The position numbers were made by a program, and so were the translations under genes. Below are positions 13,401-26,000 of a stretch of 64,000 nt of DNA, one piece after another; position 1 is the first letter of the stretch, and every line of letters starts with the position of its first letter. The notes under the pieces are model-generated. The model was not told the origin of the DNA. It worked only from the letters and a program-made list of their open reading frames with translations, and made no database searches. This DNA is from Ptychomitrium polyphyllum (Eukaryota), in the NCBI GenBank assembly GCA_973851085.1, contig OZ316776.1:3596001-3660000 (forward strand), read 5' to 3'.

Positions 13401-15755
13401 TGAAGTTAAATATATGAAAGATACATCAAGCTTGTGTTTTTATTGGGTACATCCAAGCATGTTGGCTGTATATTTGATTTGATAAGAGATTTCTTGTATG
13501 GAATGTGGCCCAATTAGTGCAATTTAGACCTAGATTCTATCTTCATCTGCATCTTTTACGTTTTCGAAACATATAATATCTTTATCATGTTTGTAAATGG
13601 ATCTTCCTGATACGTTTTTAAAAATCATTTTAAACTTTCACTTGTGATCATAGCACATTGTTCATTGAGTCATGGATGAGGCTGTTTTTAACTTCAGTAC
13701 TGAATCTTACTTTTGTTTGTTACTTTTGCTAGGCTTCATTGCCAGTGCTGGCAAAATTTAGACGTCCCATTCTGGTGCACCAAGAAGTGACAGACCCACC
13801 TTCCGATCCCTCAAGCTTGGCGCCAGGGGAGCCACCAAGCAATGCTCGAACTTACAGTAGATATCTGGACGCTAGGCCTATAACATGGTACATTTTTTCA
13901 AGTCTCATTCTTTTCCCTAACAACCACACTTGCGAATTTTTTTGAAATAAACTGCAGTGAACCAATGGAAGGTCGATGTCTAGTTATAGAGCTTGTGTAT
14001 GGCTCTAAATTACCGTAAGCTGAAAAGATGAGATACCTTGCAGACTTGATAGGACCTAAGATTGAGTCAATCATCGGTTGTGTGGGATGGTGCAGGGAGC
14101 GTGAAGCAGTGAGACAGCTGATGGAGGTGGCCAAAGATACTAAACCCGGAGCCATTGCAGAGGGGGCTCGTGTGCATGTTGTTCACCTATCCGATGGAGA
14201 GGATGCCCTCTCTCTTATCAAGGTTTGAGCCACTCTTACCTTGCTTATAAAACCACTATATTTTGAACAGTCTGTCTATCATCTTTAGTCCCCACTTTTT
14301 AATGCTAATTTTCTTTGTAGGCATCTTTTGAATATATGTATACTTTGAGAAACAATAGGATTTAGTTATATTTTGTAATAACGGTTATGACTTGTTTTCA
14401 TAGAATGCAAAGGCAGAGGGATCTAGCGTGACTGTGGAGACATGTGCACACTACCTCTCCTTTTCTGCTGAAGATATACCAGAGGGTGCCACTGAATATA
14501 AATGTGCTCCACCATTGAGACATTCGCATCATCGAGAACTTCTGTGGAAGGCTTTGATGGTAGGACATTGGCCTAGAATTTTCTAGCTTGAATCTACTCC
14601 TGTTCCGATTTTGTTGCTATCTGGATTTTTTTGGACATTATTTTAAGAGGAGGCATTGTACTGAAAGCCACATGAATTCTTCGGATCACCTATATAACAA
14701 TCTACAAGTGGGTTGACTATATCCTCGATTCGTTGTTTCGTGTAGGATGGGGATATTGACATGATAACTACAGATCATTCACCCTCAACTGTAGATATGA
14801 AGCTTTTAGAAGAGGGTGACTTTTTGAAGGCTTGGGGTGGTATTTCTGGTATACAGGTGAGGTGGCGCTTCTCTGCTATTTGGATCTTGAATTTTTCTGC
14901 AGTACTGGAAACGATTAATTGAATAGAAAATTTGTTACTTGGAAACCTGTTCACCTCAAAGACAGATTTTCATAGTTAAATTATGATAGGAAGGTGTACA
15001 ATTCTATTGTTGAAAACATGTGAGTCTGACTTGGTGGCGATTATTTGCAGTTTGCATTACCAGCCACATGGACTCATGGAATTGTCCGGGGCATGACCAT
15101 CGAACAAATGTCAAAATGGTGGAGTACTGTGCCTGCTAAGATGGTCAACCTACCACATAAGGTGAATCTCTGAATTCCTTCCGCGTCTGCATTAGAATTC
15201 TCATTTCTCTTCCAGGATGTAATTATTTACAAGACATTTTTACTCGAGTCTCCAGATGAAGAGATACTCATTTTCCAAGTATGCTTATATAGCTTATTAA
15301 TGCGTCGGGCAAATTTGACGTCGACGTTGCAAAAATGGTGAATATGTGGCTAATACTATTTACTTCGTGATGCTGTATATAGGGCTCACTTGAAATTGGC
15401 AAGGATGCAGACATTGTTGTGTGGGATCCTGAGGCATCTTTTGTAATTGACAGCAATTATCCCATCTACTTCAAAAATAAGGTACACATCGTCCGTTTTC
15501 TACATTGCATTTCTTTTTGATACTTGCATCTCATAATTTGAAAGTCCACATCTACACACAACCTTAGTTTGAAAGAGGCTTGTTTGGGAAGGTAAAGCTT
15601 GTAACTAATTAAACCTGTATTACGAACAGGTGACGGCGTATATGGGACACAAGTATTTTGGAAAGGTGATCACTACCTTTGCTCGAGGCCGGAAAGTGTT
15701 TGAAGAAGGGTACCATGCTAACAAAGCTTGTGGGGCACCTATTTTAGCCGTGTGA
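10461..15755 (+). CDS. ALN: Allantoinase (amidohydrolase superfamily), about 15 exons, N-terminal signal anchor
   Basis: Spliced motifs: [113 protein letters not shown]. Stop TGA at 15753-15755. Confidence 0.96.
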
Positions 15756-16640
15756 TCTACCTGTAATGTTCATGTGTAGGTTCTGCGAAAATCCTTTAAC
15801 CTAGCTTCATAATATTACATGCTTGTAGATCGACAGTTCTGATTTTATGAAAAGAGTGATAATGAACATTGGAAGTAGAGTGTTAAAGCACTAGTTTTTC
15901 TCCCGGAAAGTAAATATGTGTGGCATATGAGAACGTTCTGAACGTTGTATCTTTTCATGTACTTTTGTGACTTGTCAAACTTATGAGTGAGAATCAGTTA
16001 CTAAGGATCACAGTTCCAGTATACACGCCATACTCGTGTAAAGTAAGAATACATAGGACATAACATTCTTCAGTAACCCCTCTGACCACTCTCTGAAAGC
16101 AATAATGTTATCATTGAAAGGTACTATTCCTTCTTGGATAAATATGGTCTCCCAAATATTGACGAATCATCAAATTAGACTCATCCTTCACTTCCCAAAG
16201 GTGGGAATGAGTTGCTTTAATTGCAGAAGAATGATGAAGAATGTCGTGGATATGCCTGGCATTTCTACTTTGAATGAAATTTCTTATGGGCGTGGTAGAG
16301 CCTTGGTGGGAATATGTTTACAATGTAAGGTTATAGTGAAAGGTGCAGAATTCCTTTAGAGCAAGAGAAGGTTCCTATGAATGTTACCGTAGAGAGATAG
16401 GATAAAATGCTTAAGTTCTGGTTTTTCTACACTATGTGTGGTACTGGTGTAAGTGAAGGGAAAATAAATACGTGAAAAATGAAATTTTCTAAGTGAAGAC
16501 TTTGTCGTACCTTTTAGATGTTATGGCCTTAAACCAACAAATAGATCGTCCACAAATTAATCTTATATGACATCCAATTCTTTATTATGGGTATGACGTA
16601 GCCTATGTTGCCCATGAAAAAATCTGATTAGCGTCATAAA

Positions 16641-16689
16641 AGAATCTGGTTACTTATTAAAGAATCTGGTTACTTATTAAAGAATCTGG
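16641..16689. repeat. 20-bp tandem repeat x2.5 (AGAATCTGGTTACTTATTAA)
   Basis: Read directly. It lies between the convergent allantoinase and SET genes. Confidence 0.9.
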
Positions 16690-17032
16690 CTAAACGAGCG
16701 GAAGTCGCTGGCCTGAAACAGTTTGAACAACATCGCTTGCCGTTTACTCTTTTAGGATGCAGCTTACGGTACACACTGTCGCAGAAATATCACACTATTA
16801 CCAAAAATATATTGAACAGATCAAATCCTGAAGTGCTCAGATGCCACGTATAGTACATGAGGTTTACAGCAGCAGCTAATTGGTGACGTACACCACAATG
16901 CGTGCAGAGGAAAGGGCACCTAGGTGTGCAGCATTAATGCGGCATCAATATATCACATCTTTTACATCTAATACAACCTATATCCTCAATACAAGCTACT
17001 TAAGCCTCACCGGTTACTATTAGCCATTCACA

Positions 17033-20000
17033 CTAATTCAATGTCCCTCTACATTCAGGAGTACCGCAGAAGCAAGGAATTTTATCACCAACTTCATCGT
17101 AATTAAATTTGTAGTCATAAGTCACCTCCTCGCCAGCATAGATGTCCCTTTTAGCAAAAAAAATTACCTGTGATATCAACCTCATCAATCAGTATATCTG
17201 AAAGTTCACATTCCTATTAAATTCCATAGGATTCCATTCCATCTGTTTTCAGAGTGAATATTGGAGAGAAATCTGAAGAGTATTTACCTTCTTCAGGTTA
17301 TCAACACATATCACCTTGGCGACGCAATTAGGCTGCAAGGACCAGACGAAGAGTTAAAATAAACGAAACAAATTCTACTAATTAAATGATGTCCCACTTA
17401 GAAATCTAACCAAAAAGTAGAGCCCACGGAAGACATAAGGATGTAATAACAAAGTGGAGATTGTGGCAGATCCTTCACTGCATCAAGAACCATGAAGCTC
17501 GACTTTGGGACAAATCGAGATAGATAGCTATAAGACAGGCTGCTATTCAGCAACAAATTTGACTTTCACCAAGTTATTGTACAACAAGAAAATGCTTACC
17601 GAGCAAGAATGATTTACAAAACGAGCTATACCACCCTTGCGGGTGGCATCAATGATTTGGTCCGCATCTATTCTGAACAGATAGCATGCGCCCTGGTATT
17701 GTAATCGCTTTCCAGAATGATACTCAGCCTCCCGCTTGTCTGCAACACGTAGACCCACTATCTCCCCTACGTACTCAACAACCTGATACCACACCAACCA
17801 CACGTATTTTTGAGACCTTGGGAGGCAAACCAGGTCCTTAAATATGCAAGAATAGAAATTCGCTTTATCAGGGATAACTAACGCGATGAAGCGCCAACTA
17901 TGCCACCAGCTAACCAATTTAGAAATAACTACACTCCGTGGATAAACGCCCATTAAGTCATCCTATGCAAATTATCCCATCCAGGTCTCACTGAGTATAA
18001 GGGCAGCTGATTCTTACCACTTCACCCTCTGCAATAAAATCCGTTGTGTAGAGTCCAAGCGCGTGAATTCCTGACTTATAGACTGCAAGTATTCTCCAAC
18101 CTTTCCTTTGCTTAAACCTTAAATATTCCTGCAGTTCACAAGTTGATCAAGTAAAAAGGCTCAACATCACTTTGATAGCAGACAGAATATTTGACTGCAA
18201 GATCCGGATATTAGCAAGACTTCAGGTGACAATATACAGTAGGCATCACACTATACACTTTATACATGTCGTATTTCAGATAGCATAAAACCTGGTAACT
18301 CCCAGTGACTTGACCGCTAATACATGAGCCATCACAATGTCGCAGCTACAGCAATGTCAAGAGTGGCTACACTCTCACATTTCTAAAGCTACCCTTCTAG
18401 ACGAAGAAACTAAGAGATGCTAAGCTCTATTAAATCCAAGTCGACTACCGCACTTCAGCTGGAACATGAACATCAGGGAGTGATCAAAACCTCGATCTCA
18501 ATAACTTAGATATGATTTCCAAAACCAGATACACTCTTTGAAAATATCTCAAGCAACAGCCACACTCTTGTGCTTTCTGCCAACAAAGACGCGAAACTTA
18601 CTCTATGGTCGAATTTCATTGCTGGATTAGCCGACTTAAGAACCCGATGAGCCGTCATTTTACGGTTACTTATCCGCAACCATGCAGCAACTTGCTCAGG
18701 TGTCACAGCTATGGCTCCCTCCAAAGTCATTTGATGTTGTGCCGTGGCTCGTTCTTCCAGACTAAGCCTTCCTTTGTAACCCTAGAGTATAGAAAAGGCA
18801 AAAATCGGACCATCACAAAGATTGCTCTTCTTTGCACAAGGTTCCATCGAAATAGACCGACTGTGTCACCAAAACTAATCACCACCAGAGCTTCCACAAG
18901 ATGATACTTGACCTCTCCATATTGTATACCAATACAAGATAAACCATACATATAAAACATTTACCTCAGTACGAGAACAAACTCCCCCACTGGTAGGACA
19001 GAGGTCCTCCTTCATAACATCGCCCGGCTCAACCACAGAACACAGACCATGACTCTGGCATTTCCCAAAGAAACCAACTTGATTGCTTCCATCCTGAACG
19101 ATTTCACTCTGCAATAAACCCTGAACACAAAAAAGTCGAAGTAACAAATAAACAATACATTCTTCCAGTAAGTCAAAAAAACACATTTTTTGATAATCAC
19201 AAGAACACAAAACAAAACCAGGAGATAACCCAAGGACTTACCAGGAAGACACGCTCGTTTTATAATAGCTAAACTTCAGCAAAATTACACACATCCTAAC
19301 ATCCACGAGAAAACTTAATAACGTATAATATAAGACTACTTATTATACATGGTACTTTTGGAATAAAAAAAGCTGATGCTGCACCTAAACACCATAACAC
19401 AAAACAGAAACCATCATAACAAAAAACAGAAATACCTTCTCATACGCACACCAAATATGAAATGGAGTTGAGCATTTTGGTACGCGACACTGTATGCAGG
19501 CACCACCTTTCCTCTGACATATAGAACATAGCTGCCAATACCAGGGACAATATTGCCTTCAGTTTAACATAAGTTAAAATATACCACACTTTACTACAAT
19601 CATGTCATAAACTCACTGAATTCTATTCATCAAAACGACGCTATCACGAACCGCCATCACATCCGGACAATTATTTCCCAACCCAGAATACCCTCCCACT
19701 CACCGCCTTGCGTCGAGACGCTGTCACCCCCGATACGTCAAACACTCCCATTGTGCCCATGTTCAAACACCGCGTTCCAGGCATCCACAACGTACACACC
19801 ATGTGCGCCCATTGTTTTGCTCCACCATCCTTCACAATGCTCCCCACTGTATTGTTCCTCCTCCAATCCTCACGTCCCGAGCTAGCAGTCACACTCCTCT
19901 CGGCCCTATTCGCAACATTGCCACCATTGCTCCCAGGTTCCGGACTATCCTTCTGACAGACTTTGCAAATTGAGCTTTCGTCCCTGGGCTCCACGCAATC

Positions 20001-23000
20001 ACACGACTCACATTCTCTCACTTTCGTCTCCTTTGGATACATTCCTATCGAACAACCTGCCGTCCGCATTTTAGATAACTGAATATTGTTCGTGACTGAC
20101 AAAAAGGTTTCATTGTTGTCATCTGAATACGACTCACGCTCATTCTCGTTCTTCAAGTCTCGCCAAATTTGCAGCAACGCCTGGCAGAAAGGTCGAGCCT
20201 TCTGGACGCGTGTCATAGCTCCGCCACCATATCCACATAGGACACATATCTGAACACAACATAGACACACAATGCATCACAACCTCAAATTCATAATCAT
20301 CGGATATTAATAAAACAACCGACAACTCCACCACAACTCCACCAGGTGATCGGTAAAAAAACATCAACAAGTCAATAGCACGAAATCCCTTACCGTACTC
20401 ACCGGATTGGACACTTTGAACTTGCAAGTACGACACATCCAAGATCCTTTTGGGATCTTCGGAACCCCATAACATGCTTGGTGGACCTGGGCATGCAAAC
20501 CATACATATTAGCCAACACCACAATTACACCTCAACGCGCTCACTCTTCACTAACCAAGTTCACCTGTATCACTCCAGAAGAAACTCATGCATGTAAACC
20601 TAAATTCCTCCCCACTCCACACTGCAAACTGCAACCGATCGCAGAGCCGCATCCACGTAAAACACCAAGAGCACACGTCAATATGGATGCCCACTGCACA
20701 ACTTCCCATATCCAGTCAACTTCCTCACCTTCACTGGACACCGACCGCAACACAATAGTCTGTTGTAGCTGGCTGAGCTGAACGTCCCACACACATCACA
20801 TTTGCACTTCTCAGCAGGCCCCCACTGATTGCTTTGAACGCCTCCAACTGCTCTCTCTTTTCTCCATATTGAACTCCTAGCATTCATGTCCAACAACTGG
20901 GACTTCTCTCTCTTTTGCATCTTGGTACTACCGCTCAAGGGATCCTCAACCACAGTTTTCATCTTCTTCTGCTCCAGACACAACCCTCGACTCGAACTGT
21001 AGAAAAAAGGAATTCCCACATGCATACTAATCAAAGCAATGTCCGATTTTATTTTAAAATCAAATCAAATTAAGATACCTGACGAACACAACAGTCACTT
21101 CGTCATGTTGCAAGGTGCACTCCTGAACAATGGACCTAAACACAATCACAAGGAACGGTCTCAAATCCGACTGCATAACAACCACTAAACTCCATCCTCA
21201 CAGAACTCAATGCTCCAAACCTACCTCTTCAAGAATTCACCATTTTCCATGGACCCTTCGATATCGCTAATAACGGCCGCCTTTGTCTTCTTCACCGCAA
21301 GTACCACTCTTGGTCTCTTTGCGCTCAACCCTCCCATATACAACTCTGATTTCCTCTTCAGCACCTCATTACCTGTCACTCCTTTCACGTACCTCACATC
21401 GTGCTTCAATGCACCCAACTCTCCCACCCCAATTCTTTCAACTGGAACTCTAACAGCCTTCTCCACAGATCCCTCCCCAGCCACACTGCGTCTCTTCAGC
21501 TTGCTAGAGCGGACCTGCTTCCTCACAGGAAAACCCGGTCCACCAAAACCCTGCTGCAACTTCTCTTTGGAGATGCTGCTGCCTGCTGCTGACCTCACTT
21601 GTGAGACCTGGCACACAAACGTCCCTGCCTTCTCAGAAGCCACCTTCTCTGTCTCCACTGCTACATTCGATCTCCTCCCCGCCTCCCCCTGGACAGCTCT
21701 GCTCCGGGGCCACTCCAGGAATTTCCTTCTGTTTGGGCCTCCTGGCCTGGCTGACCTCTCACCCCGAGGATGAGGGAAAGACTTTGTACAAACCCGCCCT
21801 GTCCCGGTCACCCGCCTGTCCGTCTGTACTGCTGCTGATGCTGTCACCTGTTTGCCGGCACTAGAAACTGCCACATCCTCGTCCTCTATGAACTCAAACA
21901 CCGAAGCACCTGGCCCATGCATATCATTTTTTCCAGTCAACTCCAACATGCTTCGAATTTTCTGACTCTGTGTATCTTCTTTCTTCTGCACTATTCTCGC
22001 CCTACCTTCGCCCTTCCATGGTACTCCCATTCCCATGGTAGGACTGCTCCTATCCTTCATCCCTTCCACATGACAGCCAGTGACACTATCAAACCCTATG
22101 TGTACACTTAATCTCTTGTGCGTTGTACCTTCTTTTCTCGATCTCGCAACGCTATCCCTCAGCTTCTGCACAGGCGCCCAGCCTTCTACTGCTCCAGGAA
22201 CCGGGCTTACTTCTGCCGGCTGGTTTAGAATCGCGCTCAACGACACCATCCGCCCGTTTCGGGGACTCGGTCCAGCCAATGGCGTTCTTGGACTGCGAAT
22301 GCTCTTTGTCGCAAAACTTGGCAACGCAATAGGACCTGCACTGCCACCTTGCATCGAACCTGAACCTGATCCAGGGCTAGTACCACCCAACGGTTTGATC
22401 GGACGCCCTACTGGTTTTGAGATCACCGACTTTCTGACCTCAGGCCCTCTCCTGCCGTCACCTTCGCCTGGACGACCCTCCTCATTCGCGCTTGATGTCC
22501 AATCTCTTGTGCCACATTTAGGCTGCAACTTTGTCCGGATCCCCTTCTTCGCTTTCTGCCGGTTCACACCTTGGGGGACCCTAATCACAAGAGTCCCAAC
22601 CTTCTTCTTTGCGTCCTCACTTGAAACCAAATTCGCCGCCTCCAAGTTCTCCTCTGTCACGTTTGTCGCCTTCACTTCCTGGTGCCGTCGAGGTATCAAC
22701 AGCTTTCGCCGCTTTGAAGGAGCTACCATCTCTCCGCTTGACGCTCTAAAGTCTCGCCTCAAAGCATTCGGTCTCATCACGGCCTCCTGGACCTTTGATC
22801 CGGTTCTTGCATGCTCAGAGGTCACCTGAGGCTCGGCTTCCTGTCCAAACGAACTCGCAGGACTACTTTCCTTGGCATCTCCACCAACCACACCCGAATC
22901 CAGCCATTTCCATTTCACGTTGCGTCTCTGATTTCTCTCCAATTTGCCTGCTATCACACCGGTGGGTCAGCATGCACTACATTCTACTTCGCAACCAACC

Positions 23001-26000
23001 TCAAGATAGACCGACTGTGAGATCAGGGCATCCTTTAATTAAACATACAAGTTGGAAAAGGTTCGCGATAAAACCACTTGCCTGTGCTTGTCACCAGCTC
23101 TGTTTCGACTTCATGGTCGTCAATGCCCTTGCTGACCCTCACTCCTGACCTCTTCATTACCATCCTCTTTCCCATGTTGCTGGATGACGGACATCCTAAT
23201 GATGAAGGAGATCCCACAACCTTGCTTGGGTCCTCCAAGACTGCTAACGCATTTGGATTCCTGCCCACTCCCATGTCCACATCGTCTGACGAAGAGCACT
23301 TCCCTATCCCGGAACCTTCATCCACTACACCAGCAACGGGTATCACACCCAACCCTTTCCTACTCACAGCACACCCTTCGTCGGAGAGCCCGCTCAAAAC
23401 ATTCTCCGAGCTGTTCGAACAAACATCAACCTCTGGGATGCCATCAGCTCTCCATGGACTGCCTCTGCCTGCTGCTGTACCCTTCACAATGGTGTCCGAC
23501 ATCACGTCTTCATATCTGGGTATCACTTTGTTGCATTCTGTACCTGCCCCCACGCCTTCCCAACTGGGTTCACAAGCCAGGGCCTCGCAACTGAACTCCA
23601 CATTGCGCTGTCTAATCTCAACTCCTCCTATCTCCACCTCTACCTCTGTCCCTGGCTCTTGTTCGACATGTGCAGAGCCTTTCATGGTAACATGCTCGCC
23701 ATTGCCCAAGGCCACTTTCTTTGCAGCCTCCACCGAGCTTGCAAGACCGGCCTTCTCCTTCAAGCAGACTTGTCCTGCAAGCCTGCACAACAACGACGAC
23801 ACAACACATCCATCCTTTAATCATCATCATCGTCAAGTGCATGAACCCGACATCTGAAATCCTCAAACAATCAACAATATTTCCACAATCGACAACCAGC
23901 ACCTCAATATCCCTTGACCATCCACATTCATCTCTGCTCCAGCCAGCCCAACAATATCCAAGACCACCCACACAGTGTAACTACCCCTCACCTTGGTACA
24001 GCTTGCCCTCTCGCCGAAGGGCTTGCCTTTCTACATTTCAAGCAGCTGCACTGCATGTCCCCTTCACTCAAGTTCGCAACCTCCACGCTCTCCCTTGTGG
24101 TGATACCCACCACTTCGACACCTTTCACATCCCTCCCTGCCAATTCTGCAACACCCAAACAAGTTCTGTTATAAACCATCATTGTGCCCAGATGCAACTC
24201 TAGACCGACTTAATATCCTAATTAAACCCTCCAAAACATGTTCCACCAAACCATTTCTCCAACAGTACACTAAACTTAGCATCCACACTCAGACCCACAT
24301 GGATGGAAACACGACCTGCAAGCGGCTGCGATTGCACATCCGTGCGCCCGCCGTCATTGCCCTTGCCGTCAACGAGAGCTTTCATCCTAGAAATCACTGC
24401 ATCATGCAACTTCGATTCCAATCCAGATTTCACCATTCCCTCTACCACAGGAACACCCTGCGACCACCACCTCCCTTGCCTACCGTTCACTGTTCCCTGC
24501 TGCTCCTCGCTCAGCCAATCTCTGCCATCTCTATCAATCATCGAATTCTGCCACTCCGGTTCCCGTTCTGCACGCAATCCTCTTCCAATGCAATTTTCCA
24601 GCACGGGTCTGTGCACAGGATGCTGCTTCAGGAACAGCGTCCCTGGCTCTTGCATCTGGCTTGCACGACTTAGATCCGGCTCCAGCCTGGAGCCCTTCGC
24701 ACCATCCACGCCCATTCCAGAACCCAGCTCGGGATCGTTCTGAGCCTGCTTCCTCACCAGAAACTCTGGAAAGGTAGCACGGCCGCCCACAAAAGATCGT
24801 CCAAACACATCCAAGTCACTGGACAAGCCCTCCGCACCCACTCGACTGCTTGAACTGCCAGTGGACTGCGGCACTGGACCTTGCAGCCCCATTGCTCGGT
24901 ATGTGAACGATGACTGGATGGCTGTTTCCAGAAGCCTTTGTCCCGTCTTGTTGCTTAGCTGCACCAACGCCCCTGAACTCAGGGAATCCAACGTCGTCCC
25001 ATTCTCCAGCGTCACGCTCCGAGACAGGCCTGTGTGGGGAAACAACTTTGCCGCCAACTTCTCCGACCCTGTCTGCTCGCTCCGCAACTGACAATCCCCA
25101 CTCGTACCCAACATGTTCGACTGATGGAAGGAATCCAGAGCCATCAGCTTCTGTTGAAGCTCCGACATGCTAGATTCTAGTTTGTGCCCAGCATGTAAAG
25201 AATGCATCTGCCTGGGACTCTGAGTTCCGGTGAGGTACCCTGATCCTCGCTCCTCTCCCCGCCTCTCAACACCACAATTATCCACACGATCTCCACTTCC
25301 ATGGACCGACTGTCGTGCGCCATGCTGGTCTCTCGCCTGACCAGGAATGCCAGAAAACTTGGCCAGATCCGCCGGGTTGGATTGCTGTACGTTGTGTTGC
25401 AGCTTTCCGTCCCACACTGTCAAACCAACACCCACATTAACACATCAGTCCAGAAAAACTGCACTAACGTTCCAAAAATTCTCATATCTGCATGCAAGTC
25501 TCTAACGACCAATTCACTTGACAATGAACCCAGATCAACATAACTAGATGCCACTCAGGTAACCTCCATAAAAATCACGGAAAACTCAACATTCGTTCAG
25601 TGTCCAGAGCCTACAACCTTTGTTCATGATTTGCTCAAACAAATAAGACTTCGGGTGCTCTACGCTTGACGTTGCCATGGATGAAAACGAGGCACCAGTC
25701 GCTTGAGTTTGCTGAGATGGCTGCCCCAACCGTAGCTCGAAACTCGACGCAATGTCGTTCTCTCTCATGTGAGATTTCTGCCCCTCGCGCAATCTGCTTG
25801 CCACATGGTTTGCCCTATTCTCGCTCCTCAAACCACTGCTCACCTGCTGTCCCGCCCATGAGTACCGTTGACTTCCATCGTTTATGAAGTTGTGCCCGTT
25901 GTTCACAGCTACCTGGCCCGAATGCGACATGCTCTGAAACGTGCTGGTCCGCAGGTTTCCCTGGCCCCGAGAGAGGCTCTCATGCGTGGACGCCGTGTAA

